Shown one piece after another: positions 1 through 10,360 of a DNA stretch of 64,000 nt. How positions within the stretch are numbered: the first letter of the stretch is position 1; the number at the start of each line of letters is the position of its first letter. This DNA comes from Microcoleus sp. (GTDB taxonomy: Bacteria; Cyanobacteriota; Cyanobacteriia; Cyanobacteriales; Microcoleaceae), in NCBI GenBank assembly GCA_052279835.1, contig CP181291.1, forward strand, positions 608,001 to 672,000, written 5' to 3'. The notes below the pieces were generated by a model. It saw only the letters and a list, made by a program, of their open reading frames with translations, did not search any database and was not told the DNA's origin. Both the position numbers and the translations under genes were made by a program.

Positions 1-310
1 TGCAAGTGAGATATGCTACGGTGTCTCCTGCTTCGTCTTCTAAAGTAATCTCTCCATCTGGGAGTCGGGAAACAATGTCGTTGAGTAATTTAGCGGGTAT
101 GGTGAAACTTCCGCCACCTGTCACTGCTGCTGGAAAACTGGTACGGATGCCTAAACTTAGATCGAAAGCTGTCAAGCTAACCCGTTGATTTTCCTCATCC
201 GCTACTAAGAGCACGTTGGCTAGTACGGGATGTGTCGGGCGAGAGGGAACGGCCCGGCTTACCAACGAGAGGTTGGCGTTGAGGTCACTTTGGGTGCAAA
301 CCAATTTCAT
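1..310 (-). CDS. dnaN: DNA polymerase III beta clamp, N-terminal part (runs off window start)
   Basis: Manual translation from ATG at 310 gives MKLVCTQSDLNANLSLVSRAVPSRPTHPVLANVLL...TAFDLSLGI, the beta-clamp N-terminus; lies downstream of dnaA. Not in ORF track. Confidence 0.95.
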   Translation of the reverse strand, partial: MKLVCTQSDLNANLSLVSRAVPSRPTHPVLANVLLVADEENQRVSLTAFDLSLGIRTSFPAAVTGGGSFTIPAKLLNDIVSRLPDGEITLEDEAGDTVAYLTC

Positions 311-763
311 GAGATGAAGGTTAATTAACCGGATTTGAGATAGAAACAAATCCTATCACAGAAAGTCGGTGGGGGAATCCCCAGGATTTTTAGCTTGGGG
401 CTGGGGCTGGGTTTTCTGGAGGTGGGGTGTGTGGGGATAATGGTTTTAATTTTTTTGGTTAATTTTTTGGTCGATCGCACGGTGTAAACTGTGGAAAAAA
501 TGCGAAAGGATTAGTGGATATACTTTTTTATTGATTATACCCTGTGGAAAACTTGTGGAAAAGTTGCTAAATAGTCGATCGCCCTTGCTGCGATCCGAAT
601 TTTTATACAAGGAAACACTAATGTTTTCCACAAATTCAGGGTTCTTTGTCCACAGGTTTTTCCACAGCTAATTAGAAGGAAGAACGTTGTTAGGGGAGGG
701 GATAGGAGACCCAGAACCAGTCAACCAGGATCTAAAAAATAACCAACAACCAATAACTTCTGC
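311..763. other. oriC: Chromosomal replication origin (oriC) between dnaA and dnaN
   Basis: Cyanobacterial-type DnaA boxes TTTTCCACA/TGTGGAAAA at 490-498, 543-551, 554-562, 624-632, 658-666; near matches at 646-654 (TTGTCCACA) and 432-440; T-rich tracts near 443-470 and 520-540. Confidence 0.88.
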
Positions 764-2137
764 TCAAATTTTACGGCTAATCGCGTTAATACGATCGCTC
801 AATTGACGCAAGGTTTGAGACAAATTTGGGTCAGTGTTCCGCAACTGAGCAATTTTATCACAACTATAAAGCACAGTGGTATGGTCTTTACCGCCGAAAA
901 CTTCACCAACTTTCGGCAAACTCAAACCAGTGTGTTGCCGAATTAAATACATACCTATTTGACGAGCAAAGCTAATTTCTCGCTTCCGAGAATTGCTTTT
1001 CAAATCTTCAACTGAGACCTCAAAAAAATCCGCAATTACTGCGATTACCGCATCGGGCTTTGCTTCTACACTTTCAGTTTGGGGATTCAAAACCGGGGCT
1101 ATATTTTCCACAGTCATCGGTAAATCGGTAATTGAAAGATAGGCGACGGCCCGAATCAAAGCTCCTTCTAATTCTCGGACATTGGAAGTATAGCTAGAAG
1201 CAATATATTCTATCACATCTCGCGGCAACCGCATATTTTCATATTCGGCTTTTTTCTGCAAAATGGCCATGCGTGTTTCCAAGTCTGGCAATTGAATATC
1301 GGCAATTAACCCCATGGAAAATCGCGAACATAAACGCTCTTGCAAACGGGGTATTTGTTGCGGGGGGCGATCGGAAGCTAAAACTACTTGATTGCCCGCT
1401 TCATGCAAAGTATTAAAAGTGTGAAAAAATTCTTCTTGAGTGTATTCTTTGCCTTCAATGAATTGAATATCATCTACTAATAAAACATCGGCTGCTCGAT
1501 AATGATCGCGGAAAGTTTGCATACTATCTTTGCGAATGGCTGCAATTAAATCGTTGGTAAATTTTTCAGTAGAAACATAGAAAATCTTGGCGTTAGGGTC
1601 AATTTCTAAGCGATAATGACCGATCGCCTGCATGAGATGAGTTTTGCCCAAACCGACACCGCCGCACAAAAATAGGGGATTGAATTCTCGGCCCGGAGAC
1701 TCGGCTACCGCTAGGGATGCTGCGTGAGCCATGCGGTTGTTGGAACCGACCACAAAACGGGAAAATAGGTATTTGGGGTTGAGATTGGCTGGTTTGGGAG
1801 GATGGAGGGAGTGGCTTTCGGAGACATCGGGGGCGATGGGAGATGGCCAAATCAGTCCTTGTCCGCCGTGGCCTTCGGTTTCATTCCCCCCAGCAATTGT
1901 CAAGTAAATGTCTACTTTATAGCCGAGAATGTCGTAGACTGCATCGGCGATGATTTTGACGTAATATTTCTGCAACCAATTGCGAGCAAAGGGGTTGGGA
2001 GTGCTGACGATCAAACAGTTATTTTCGAGTTGTTCGGCTTTGGCTGTTTTGATCCACGTCTCAAAACTAGGTCTGCTCAGTTGTACCTGGAGACGTTCAA
2101 GTATCTGATTCCACAGACTTTCGAGGGGAATTTCCAC
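764..2137 (-). CDS. dnaA: Chromosomal replication initiator DnaA
   Basis: Walker [27 protein letters not shown], domain [12 protein letters not shown]. Confidence 0.99.
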   Translation of the reverse strand: MEIPLESLWNQILERLQVQLSRPSFETWIKTAKAEQLENNCLIVSTPNPFARNWLQKYYVKIIADAVYDILGYKVDIYLTIAGGNETEGHGGQGLIWPSPIAPDVSESHSLHPPKPANLNPKYLFSRFVVGSNNRMAHAASLAVAESPGREFNPLFLCGGVGLGKTHLMQAIGHYRLEIDPNAKIFYVSTEKFTNDLIAAIRKDSMQTFRDHYRAADVLLVDDIQFIEGKEYTQEEFFHTFNTLHEAGNQVVLASDRPPQQIPRLQERLCSRFSMGLIADIQLPDLETRMAILQKKAEYENMRLPRDVIEYIASSYTSNVRELEGALIRAVAYLSITDLPMTVENIAPVLNPQTESVEAKPDAVIAVIADFFEVSVEDLKSNSRKREISFARQIGMYLIRQHTGLSLPKVGEVFGGKDHTTVLYSCDKIAQLRNTDPNLSQTLRQLSDRINAISRKI

Positions 2138-2506
2138 TGCTCACCTTTGCTGCTAGGCATTTATAGAGATCGAATTTTTGTTCTGGAAAACTCAGTTTAA
2201 TCGAATTGGCGATTTGGGAGGTTGATCGATCAACATTGTCTGTGGCCGGAGGATTGCAAAATGCTTGAATAATACATCGACATGATAAATCTTACCTTCT
2301 GGGGTAGTAAAGTTGCTTGCTTCCATCTCTCATCCCACCGCTAAATTGAGTACAATTATAGAACGGGACTTCCCGGCGGTATAGTTAATGGAGTCTGCCG
2401 ATCGCCCCAAAATTCTGTAAAATTCTGTGGCCACCAGGAGGCTCACGGTATCGGGAATCAGCTCTGCAAATATTTTGATTTGGCAAAAAACCCTAAAAAC
2501 GTCGCG

Positions 2507-3745
2507 ATGAAGAGTTCTACTGGCAAATTTTGGAAGCAACCGGCAATCTACATATTACTGCTGGTGACGGGAGCTGGGGCCGCCATGTTGGGCGATCGTC
2601 TGACGGCTTCCCGATTACCTGCAAATTCTGGCGCACCACCAAGGACGCTGGAACCGAAATTACAACTCCCTCTGAATACTAAGCCTCAAGCGGGCAAAGT
2701 CTTGCCGCCGAATTCCCTGTCGGGGAATCCCGCTAATGTCAATTTTATTGTGGCTGCGGTGCAAAAAGTTGGTCCGACAGTGGTGCGGATTGATGCTTCC
2801 CGCAAGGTGAAAGCGGGAAATCGAGGGCTCTCACCGGAGGATTTTTTTGGCTTAGATCCGAATTCAGGCGGCCGTGGCGGGGTTGAACGGGGTACTGGTT
2901 CGGGTTTTGTCATCGGTTCTGATGGCGTGATTCTCACTAACGCTCACGTTGTAGACGGCGCTGATACAGTAAGTGTAACTCTCAGGGACGGCCGCAGTTT
3001 TCAGGGGCGCGTGTTGGGGGCGGATGGGGTGACGGATGTGGCGGTGGTGAAGATTGAGGCGAATCAGGTGCCTGTGGTGACGATCGGCGATTCTGATAAA
3101 CTGCTGTCTGGGGAATGGGCGATCGCCATCGGTAATCCTTTGGGTTTGGACAATTCGGTGACAGCGGGGATTATTAGCGCTACGGGGCGATCGAGTACCG
3201 AGGTGGGCGTACCTGACAAGCGGATCGGTTTTATTCAAACAGACGCTGCGATTAATCCGGGGAATTCCGGTGGCCCACTGCTGAATTCTGCCGGGGAAGT
3301 GATCGGCATGAATACAGCGATTATTCAAGGTGCTCAAGGATTGGGGTTTGCAATTCCCATTAAGGCGGCTCAAGAAGTTGCGAAGGAACTGATTGCGACG
3401 GGCAAAGTCGAACACGCTTATTTGGGCATTGAAATGGCGACGCTAACTCCTGAAGTGAAGGAGCAAATTAATAAAAACGGTAACAGCAGCCTTCGAGTTA
3501 CAGTCGATCGGGGTGTGGCTATTATTAGTGTGGTGCCTGCTTCTCCCGCCGCTGCATCTGGTTTGCGGGCTGGAGATGTGATTCAAAAGATTAACAATCA
3601 GCCGATAATTCAGTCGGAAGCTGTTCAAGAATTCGTACAAAATACTAGGGTAGGTGGGATTTTGCAAATGGAGATTAATCGCAATGGCGAAATACTCAAA
3701 TTGAGTGTGAAACCAGGCAGTATGCCGGTGCAAAAAGTTCGATAA
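2507..3745 (+). CDS. htrA: HtrA/DegP-family serine protease with one PDZ domain
   Basis: [25 protein letters not shown]-terminal hydrophobic anchor, C-terminal PDZ; ATG 2507 preferred over TTG 2480. Confidence 0.95.
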   Translation: MKSSTGKFWKQPAIYILLLVTGAGAAMLGDRLTASRLPANSGAPPRTLEPKLQLPLNTKPQAGKVLPPNSLSGNPANVNFIVAAVQKVGPTVVRIDASRKVKAGNRGLSPEDFFGLDPNSGGRGGVERGTGSGFVIGSDGVILTNAHVVDGADTVSVTLRDGRSFQGRVLGADGVTDVAVVKIEANQVPVVTIGDSDKLLSGEWAIAIGNPLGLDNSVTAGIISATGRSSTEVGVPDKRIGFIQTDAAINPGNSGGPLLNSAGEVIGMNTAIIQGAQGLGFAIPIKAAQEVAKELIATGKVEHAYLGIEMATLTPEVKEQINKNGNSSLRVTVDRGVAIISVVPASPAAASGLRAGDVIQKINNQPIIQSEAVQEFVQNTRVGGILQMEINRNGEILKLSVKPGSMPVQKVR

Positions 3746-3785
3746 TTATGTTCACAGTTGACATTAGGAATAATCACCAACAAAA

Positions 3786-3820
3786 AATAACAAATAACAA
3801 ATAACAAATAACAAATAACA
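3786..3820 (+). repeat. Heptamer short tandem repeat (AATAACA)x5, STRR-like
   Basis: aataaca repeated five times directly upstream of the def ATG. Confidence 0.85.
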
Positions 3821-4354
3821 ATGACAGAAATATTACCAATTTCACAATTAGGAAATCCTGTGTTGCGCCACCGATCGCAATTTGTGGAGAATATTCAGGA
3901 CGAGCGCATTCAACAGTTGATTGACAACTTAATCTCTACAGTAAAACACGCCCACGGGGTGGGGATTGCAGCCCCTCAAGTCGCTAGGGGCGATCGGCTG
4001 TTCGTCGTCGCCTCCCGTCCCAATCAGCGGTATCCCCAAGCACCAACCATGGAACCCACAGCCATGATTAACCCTCGAATTATTGCGAGTTCAACAGAGA
4101 CAGTCAAAGACTGGGAAGGCTGTTTGAGTATTCCGGGGATACGGGGATTAGTGCCGAGAAGTCGATCGATTCAAATTGAATACACCAGTAGAGATGGCAA
4201 ACTCCATCAACAAGAATTGACAGATTTTGTGGCTAGGATTTTTCAGCACGAACAGGACCATTTAGATGGCATCGTGTTTTTAGACAGGGTGGAAAGCACC
4301 AAAGAACTGATGAGCGAAGATGAGTACCAAAAGCAATTTGTTAATTTACTTTAG
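3821..4354 (+). CDS. def: Peptide deformylase
   Basis: GVGIAAPQ, EGCLS and QHEQDHLDG motifs. Confidence 0.97.
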   Translation: MTEILPISQLGNPVLRHRSQFVENIQDERIQQLIDNLISTVKHAHGVGIAAPQVARGDRLFVVASRPNQRYPQAPTMEPTAMINPRIIASSTETVKDWEGCLSIPGIRGLVPRSRSIQIEYTSRDGKLHQQELTDFVARIFQHEQDHLDGIVFLDRVESTKELMSEDEYQKQFVNLL

Positions 4355-4428
4355 CAGTACAAACCCGTCAGCACATTTGAGATTTACTCGTTTTTTGTAA
4401 CAGCGTCATTGAATCTATAACAAAGAGT

Positions 4429-4980
4429 ATGAATAGCGATCGACAACCTGCAAATCATCAACCACAAATTATTTTGATTACTGGGAACATGGCTGCTGGA
4501 AAATCAACAGTTGCCCAATCGCTTGCCGAAAGGTTGCCCAAAAGTGTTCACCTGCGCGGGGATATCTTTCGCCGCATGATTGTGAATGGGCAGGCGGAAA
4601 TGGCGTTAAATTTGTCAGCAGAGGCATATCAGCAACTTCAACTGCGCTATCATCTGGCAGCAATGGCAGCGCGACACTATCTTCAGGCTGGCTTTACGGT
4701 TGTGTATCAAGACATTATCATTGGTTCCGCACTCGCTGAGGTAATTGCCAGGTTTCATGATGTGCCGTTTTCTGCGATTGTTCTGTGTCCCCAGGCAGAG
4801 GTTGTAGCGGCACGGGATACAGCAAGAGCGAAGACGGGATATGCCAACGAAACAATGGTTTATGCATTCGATCGCATCCTCCGCACCGAAACTCCTCATC
4901 TCGGTTATTGGCTGGATTCAACCCATCTAACGGTTAAAGAAACGGTCGATCGGATTTTGGCTTCTTTGGAAGATGAATGA
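4429..4980 (+). CDS. P-loop kinase / AAA_33-like phosphotransferase
   Basis: N-terminal Walker A GNMAAGKST; size and layout typical of small-molecule kinases. Confidence 0.75.
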   Translation: MNSDRQPANHQPQIILITGNMAAGKSTVAQSLAERLPKSVHLRGDIFRRMIVNGQAEMALNLSAEAYQQLQLRYHLAAMAARHYLQAGFTVVYQDIIIGSALAEVIARFHDVPFSAIVLCPQAEVVAARDTARAKTGYANETMVYAFDRILRTETPHLGYWLDSTHLTVKETVDRILASLEDE

Positions 4981-5121
4981 GTGAGATAACGTCGCTATGT
5001 AGCGATCGCGCGATCGCTCCTAAATCAATCTTTTAAAGACAGGAAATATTATACTTGACATTTAAAATTTATGGTATAATTGTTAGCAGTAATATCAGAG
5101 ATGTTGCATACAGGAGAGCAA

Positions 5122-5694
5122 ATGTCTATCAACTTGGAAAAAGGCGGCAGAATCAATCTCTCTAAAGAAGCACCGGGGCTAAAAAGTGCTGGTATCGGTT
5201 TGGGATGGGATACCAATGCTACAGACACCGGTGCAGCATTTGATTTAGATGCTTCCGTGTTTATGTTAGGTGCCAATGCTAAAATTCCCAGCGAAAAATA
5301 CTTTGTTTTTTACAACAACAAAGAGTCACCAGACACTTCTGTAGTTCATCTGGGAGATAGCAGAACCGGAGAAGGATTTGGCGATGATGAAACAGTGACA
5401 GTCGATTTAACCAAAGTCGATCCGGCGGTGCTAGAAATTGTGTTTGTTGTCACCATCCACGAAGCGGAATCGAGGAGGCAAAACTTCGGCCAAGTGCGGA
5501 ATGCTTTTATCAGAATTTACGACACTACTACTAACACAGAAGTCACTAAGTACGATTTGGATGAGGATTTTTCTAGGGAGACTGCGGTGGAATTTGGCAG
5601 ACTTTACAAGAAAGATGGCGAGTGGAGGTTCCAAGCTGTCGGACAAGGCTACAATTCAGGTTTGCAGAGCTTTGTAGACAAGTATGCCGGATAA
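5122..5694 (+). CDS. terD: TerD-family stress protein
   Basis: MSINLEKGGRINL, GLGWD, FDLDAS, FVFYNN, GDSRTGEGFGDDE, WRFQAVGQG; ATG 5122 preferred. Confidence 0.93.
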   Translation: MSINLEKGGRINLSKEAPGLKSAGIGLGWDTNATDTGAAFDLDASVFMLGANAKIPSEKYFVFYNNKESPDTSVVHLGDSRTGEGFGDDETVTVDLTKVDPAVLEIVFVVTIHEAESRRQNFGQVRNAFIRIYDTTTNTEVTKYDLDEDFSRETAVEFGRLYKKDGEWRFQAVGQGYNSGLQSFVDKYAG

Positions 5695-5793
5695 AAGGGC
5701 GATCGCATCCAGCTAAATAAATCAAGGGAAATTTGGGAAAAATCATGAAGATTTCCCTTGGTTATAGATGCTACTAATCACAGGATAAAGCTA

Positions 5794-7338
5794 ATGGGAG
5801 TTCAATTAAGTAAGGGCGAAAGATTTGATATTTTCCCCGACAATCCTAATTTACAAAAAGTCTCCTTTGCCCTAGGCTGGCAAATCAATGAAACTAAAGA
5901 CAACTTTGATATAGATGCTTCTGTATTCATGTTGGGCGCAGATGGCAAAATTCCCCAGGAAAGATATTTTGTCTTTTACAACAATCTGCGTTCCTTCGAT
6001 GACTCTGTGCACCACTTAGGAAATCACCAAACTGGGAAAAATCAAGGAGACAAAGAGACGATAAATGTAGATTTTCATAAAATAAGTCCAGGAATTCAGG
6101 AAATTATTTTTGTCGTCACTATTCATGAAGCACAGGCAAAAAATCAAAATTTTAGCCAAATCCAAAATGCTTTTATTAGACTTTACAATTCCGAAACCGA
6201 TAGCGAACTTGCTTGCTACAATCTTCAAGACAATTTTTCACGAGAGACAGCAGTCGAGTTTGGCAGGTTATATAAAAAAAACGGCAAGTGGAGGTTTCAG
6301 GCTGTTGGACAAGGATACAATGCTGGCTTGAAAAGTTTTGTAGATAAATATTATGTTGAGATTAAACAGGAAGATAATCAACCAGAAACTAACCTAAACA
6401 ATTCAGATGTTGATATCCCCGACTTAGCAATAAATGAATTAGCAGCTACTGAATTAAAAATTCCCGAAGTAGAGATTCCAGAATTAAAAATACCTGAATT
6501 AGCAATAACTGAATTAGCAACTCCCAAAGTTAGTAACAAAAATCAGAAAGCTATAGCCTTAGAAAAAAAACTGGAGGAAAAAGCGCCGCACATTTTCAAT
6601 CTAGTTAAGAAAGCCGATATCTCCCTCCAGAAAGCAAATCTCACCAATCATGATGCTAAGGTAGCGCTGTGCTTGGATATTTCTGTATCTATGTCTGCGC
6701 TGTACAGTGCGGGAAAAATTCAGCGTTTGGCTGAGAAAATTTTGGCTTTGGGATGTCGGTTTGATGACAACGCAGCGATCGATATATTTTTGTTTGGCAT
6801 CAACTCTTACTATGCGGGGGAAATGACGATCGAAAATTTTCCCAACTTCATCCATCATATACTGAAGCGATACCCTTTAGAAGGAGGTACTTACTATGGT
6901 AGAGTGATGCAGGAGATCAGAAATTTCTATTTTCCCGACTCTCGCGATGGTAGTCGCTACGCACCTATTAGCGCCGATAAACCTGTGTATGTGATGTTTG
7001 TCACTGATGGAGCTACTACGGACGAGTCGGCAACCAAACAACAGCTACAATGGTCATCTTATGAGGCTCTATTTTGGCAGTTTATGGCGATCGGCAAATC
7101 GCAAAAAGATGTCAAACGTAAGGGTGTGGGCGGCTGGTTTTCTAGGGCTACAGCCAGCGATTTTAGCTTTTTAGAGCAACTTGATGAAATGGGCGATCGC
7201 CACCTAGACAACGCCGATTTCTTCAGTGTAGAAGACCCCGAAAGTATTGCCGACGAGGAATTATACGATTTGCTGACAACAGAATATCCCAACTGGGTAA
7301 AATCAGCACGACTCAAAAATCTCTTACCCTATAGTTAG
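5794..7338 (+). CDS. TerD domain fused to a vWA (TerF-like) domain
   Basis: N-terminal TerD motifs; low-complexity linker; MIDAS-like LDISVSM, GGTYY and MFVTDG in the C-terminal half. Confidence 0.88.
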   Translation: MGVQLSKGERFDIFPDNPNLQKVSFALGWQINETKDNFDIDASVFMLGADGKIPQERYFVFYNNLRSFDDSVHHLGNHQTGKNQGDKETINVDFHKISPGIQEIIFVVTIHEAQAKNQNFSQIQNAFIRLYNSETDSELACYNLQDNFSRETAVEFGRLYKKNGKWRFQAVGQGYNAGLKSFVDKYYVEIKQEDNQPETNLNNSDVDIPDLAINELAATELKIPEVEIPELKIPELAITELATPKVSNKNQKAIALEKKLEEKAPHIFNLVKKADISLQKANLTNHDAKVALCLDISVSMSALYSAGKIQRLAEKILALGCRFDDNAAIDIFLFGINSYYAGEMTIENFPNFIHHILKRYPLEGGTYYGRVMQEIRNFYFPDSRDGSRYAPISADKPVYVMFVTDGATTDESATKQQLQWSSYEALFWQFMAIGKSQKDVKRKGVGGWFSRATASDFSFLEQLDEMGDRHLDNADFFSVEDPESIADEELYDLLTTEYPNWVKSARLKNLLPYS

Positions 7339-7412
7339 CCCTCACAGGCTAATCAAATCTCCTGCTGGACAATCTTGAAACTTGACTGTTACCTTAACCA
7401 AATCACAAAACT

Positions 7413-8012
7413 ATGGCTATCAACTTGACCAAAGGACAATCAATCGTTCTCAGCAAAAGCGAATACGATTTATCCAGGCTGACAATGGCTTTGGGATGGG
7501 ATGTGTCGAAAGCTAGCAAAGGTCTTTTCGGTAGAAGCAGCGGGGCAAATTTCGACTTAGATTCCTACGCTCTTTTATTAGGAGAGAACGGTAAATTAAA
7601 GAACTACAAAGACGACGTAATCTATTACGGTCATTTGGAATCAAAGGATAAAACAGTTGTTCACTCCGGCGACAATCTCACCGGGGCAGGAGATGGGGAC
7701 GACGAACAAATAGTTGTCAAATTGAATGCTTTACCCCAAGAATATCACAAAATAGTTTTGGGAGTGAATATTTATGATGCTAAGGATAGAAAACAGCATT
7801 TTGGCATGATAGAAAATGCTTTTGTGAGAGCCTTGGATGCGACTGGGAAAGAAATTGCTCGCTATCGTTTGTCAAATGACCCTTCCTATGAGGGCAAATT
7901 AAATATGTTAATGGGAGAAGTTTATCGAGAAGGTAGCGAGTGGAAGTTTAAGGCTATGGGAAATCCTTTGGCTGAGGATATGAACGGTGTTGTCGGTTCG
8001 TTTATGCGGTGA
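7413..8012 (+). CDS. terD: TerD/TerZ-family protein
   Basis: ALGWD, FDLDS, HSGDNLTGAGDGDDEQI, WKFKAMG. Confidence 0.92.
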   Translation: MAINLTKGQSIVLSKSEYDLSRLTMALGWDVSKASKGLFGRSSGANFDLDSYALLLGENGKLKNYKDDVIYYGHLESKDKTVVHSGDNLTGAGDGDDEQIVVKLNALPQEYHKIVLGVNIYDAKDRKQHFGMIENAFVRALDATGKEIARYRLSNDPSYEGKLNMLMGEVYREGSEWKFKAMGNPLAEDMNGVVGSFMR

Positions 8013-8038
8013 GATCAAATCTGTTAAATCCCATAATT

Positions 8039-8117
8039 GTAGGGGCAGGTTTCACCAAAAATATCAGCCAATAATTGACGATATAAATAAACCCGCCCCC
8101 GCCCAACGATAAATCCC
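8039..8117. repeat. GTAG-family REP-like palindromic unit, copy 1
   Basis: GTAGGGGCAGGTTT...AAACCCGCCCC; near-identical copy at 8504-8583 and a related inverted copy at 8637-8699. Confidence 0.8.
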
Positions 8118-8300
8118 ATAATTGTAGATACTGTCCAGTTTAGGTGTGCCTGTCATCAGTAATGTCCGCTTATCTACACAACAGACTTGTTTAGTCTAAG
8201 GGGCGGGCCAACTTCACCGATTTCTGATGTCCTTGAAAAACACTTTCTGCTGTTACAGAACCATTTGTACGAAACTTTCCTTGTTTCTTTAGATTCGCTT

Positions 8301-8460
8301 TGCTTAGAGGTACGATCGACTGCTTAGAGGTACGATCGACTGCTTAGAGGTACAATCGACTGGTTGTCGGTACGATCGACTGATGATCGGCTCGATCGAC
8401 TGATGATCGGCTCGATCGCCTGATTGTCGGCTCGATCGCCTGATTGTCGGTATGATTAAA
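8301..8460 (+). repeat. Tandem array of ~8 drifting 20-bp units, most carrying CGATCG
   Basis: tgcttagaggtacgatcgac x2, tgcttagaggtacaatcgac, tggttgtcggtacgatcgac, tgatgatcggctcgatcgac, tgatgatcggctcgatcgcc, tgattgtcggctcgatcgcc, degenerate eighth unit. Confidence 0.92.
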
Positions 8461-8503
8461 TCTATGACGTGGCGATCGACTGATTCACTCTTTTAAGATA
8501 CAA

Positions 8504-8699
8504 GGGGCGGGTTTCACCAAAAATATCAGCCAATAATTGATAATTTAAATAAACCCGCCCCCGCCCAACGGTAAATCCCTACAAGATTTACCAATCAATC
8601 TTTAACAGTCAAGCCCGATGTAGGTTATTTGTGGGTGGGGGCGGGTTTATAGAGATTGTTTGTTTGAGTTAGATATTGTTGGTAAAACCCGCCCCTACA
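8504..8699. repeat. REP-like palindromic units, copies 2 and 3
   Basis: GGGGCGGGTTT...AAACCCGCCCC units ending CCCTACA, immediately downstream of the lysS stop. Confidence 0.8.
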
Positions 8700-8704
8700 A
8701 GATT

Positions 8705-10261
8705 TTAGGAATCTTTAACAGGCCGCATTGTCGGGAACATCACCGCATCGCGGATGCTTTGAGTATTAGTCAACAGCATCACCAATCTATCGACACCGAT
8801 TCCCATACCCGCACAATTAGGCATTCCTAAAGATAAGGCTTGAATAAAGTCTTCATCCATTGGATGCGCTTCATCATCCCCTGCGTCTTTCTGTGCTAAT
8901 TGTTCCTCAAACCGCTTTCTTTGCTCTTTCGGATCGTTCAATTCCGAGAAGCCGTTCGAGTATTCCATCCCGTTGATAAATAACTCGAAACGCTCGACAA
9001 ATCCAGGTTTGCTGCGGTGTCCTTTGGCGAGGGGACTGACTTCTACAGGAAAGTCAATGATGAAAGTTGGCTGAATTAGTTTGGGGACTACTAATTTGTC
9101 AAACACGGCGTACAGCACGTAGCCTAAACTCTGTTGTTCTAATTTAGAAAGGTGTAATTCTAGTTTAGTTGCAGAGGCGATCGCACTTTCGAGATCCAAG
9201 CTATCAAAATCCAACCCAAACTCGTCTCTGACAGATTCCACCATGGTTTTCACTTCCCAGTGCAGGCCGCTAAAACTGGGATATTTTTCGCTGTAGTCGA
9301 ACTTGCGTTCTAAACTAATCATCTGTCCCTGATTTTCAATTTCTTTGACATCCCCAAGTACAGCCTGAGCAGCGCTACACATGACATCTTCTACCACTGC
9401 TAAAATGTCGAAGTAATCTGCATAAGCTTGGTAAACTTCTATGGAGGTAAACTCAGGATTGTGGGTGCTATCAATCCCCTCATTTCTAAAAGCTTTTCCT
9501 AGTTCAAATACTCGCTCAAAACCGCCACAAATTGCTCTTTTCAAGAACAGTTCGGGAGCGACTCGCAAATACAAATCCACATCCAAAGCATTGTGGTGAG
9601 TGACAAAGGGCTTAGCAGCAGCACCACCGTAAATTGCTTGCAGTGTCGGGGTTTCTATTTCATGAAAATCGGCTTTCGAGAGATAGGATCGGATGTTCCA
9701 GACGATGCGACTGCGGAGCATAAAACGGTTGAAAGCGTCTTGGTTGCTGGCTAAATCCATTTCGCGATGGCGACGGCAAACTTCGGGGTCGTTAATTCCG
9801 TAATAAGCATCGGGAAATTGAATGGTAGCTTTTGATAACAGCGTGAATTCCCGCACTAAAATCGAAAGTTCTCCCTTTTGAGTGCGACAGCCGATGCCTT
9901 CGACACCGATAAAATCGCCGACATCCAGCAATTTTTTAATTTGCTGGAAGCTTAAACCGACTTCGCCCGTGACGACTTTTTTCTCAATTTTGAGTTGGAT
10001 TTTGTCTGTGGCGTCTTTTAAATCGATGAAGCAAATGCTGCCGCTGTCCCGTTTGGAAGTGATGCGGCCCCCTACTCGCAGGGAAATTTCTTCGGGGTCG
10101 CTTTCTCCATTTTGGAGTTCTTTTCCCGGTTGACTAAATAATTCGCGAACTTGCTTGGTTGTGTGCGATCGCACGTAAGATTGGCTAGGATACGGTTCTA
10201 TGCCTTGCGATCGCAGTTCGTCTACTTTTTGACTGCGGACTTCGGCTTCACTGAGAGTCAT
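8705..10261 (-). CDS. lysS: Lysine--tRNA ligase (class II)
   Basis: YGGAAAKPF, FRNEGIDSTHNPEFT, ERFELF, GIGVDRLVM; ATG at 10261 (MTLSEAEVR) preferred over 10459. Confidence 0.97.
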   Translation of the reverse strand: MTLSEAEVRSQKVDELRSQGIEPYPSQSYVRSHTTKQVRELFSQPGKELQNGESDPEEISLRVGGRITSKRDSGSICFIDLKDATDKIQLKIEKKVVTGEVGLSFQQIKKLLDVGDFIGVEGIGCRTQKGELSILVREFTLLSKATIQFPDAYYGINDPEVCRRHREMDLASNQDAFNRFMLRSRIVWNIRSYLSKADFHEIETPTLQAIYGGAAAKPFVTHHNALDVDLYLRVAPELFLKRAICGGFERVFELGKAFRNEGIDSTHNPEFTSIEVYQAYADYFDILAVVEDVMCSAAQAVLGDVKEIENQGQMISLERKFDYSEKYPSFSGLHWEVKTMVESVRDEFGLDFDSLDLESAIASATKLELHLSKLEQQSLGYVLYAVFDKLVVPKLIQPTFIIDFPVEVSPLAKGHRSKPGFVERFELFINGMEYSNGFSELNDPKEQRKRFEEQLAQKDAGDDEAHPMDEDFIQALSLGMPNCAGMGIGVDRLVMLLTNTQSIRDAVMFPTMRPVKDS

Positions 10262-10292
10262 TAGGTATTGCCTGACTAAAATTGCAAATATA

Positions 10293-10360
10293 GCAGAAGG
10301 CAGAAGGCACAAGGAAGTAAGGAAGAAGGAAGATCGATGGGTCGCAGGCAGAAGGAAGGA
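10293..10360. repeat. Degenerate heptamer repeats (GCAGAAG/GAAGAAG)
   Basis: gcagaag gcagaag gcacaag gaagtaag gaagaag upstream of lysS. Confidence 0.65.

Noticed and set aside
446..631. 61-aa ORF between dnaA and dnaN
   Set aside because: Lies across the DnaA-box cluster of oriC and has no recognisable motif.
8301..8482. CRISPR array
   Set aside because: Units are contiguous 20-mers with no unique spacers, and no cas genes are present.
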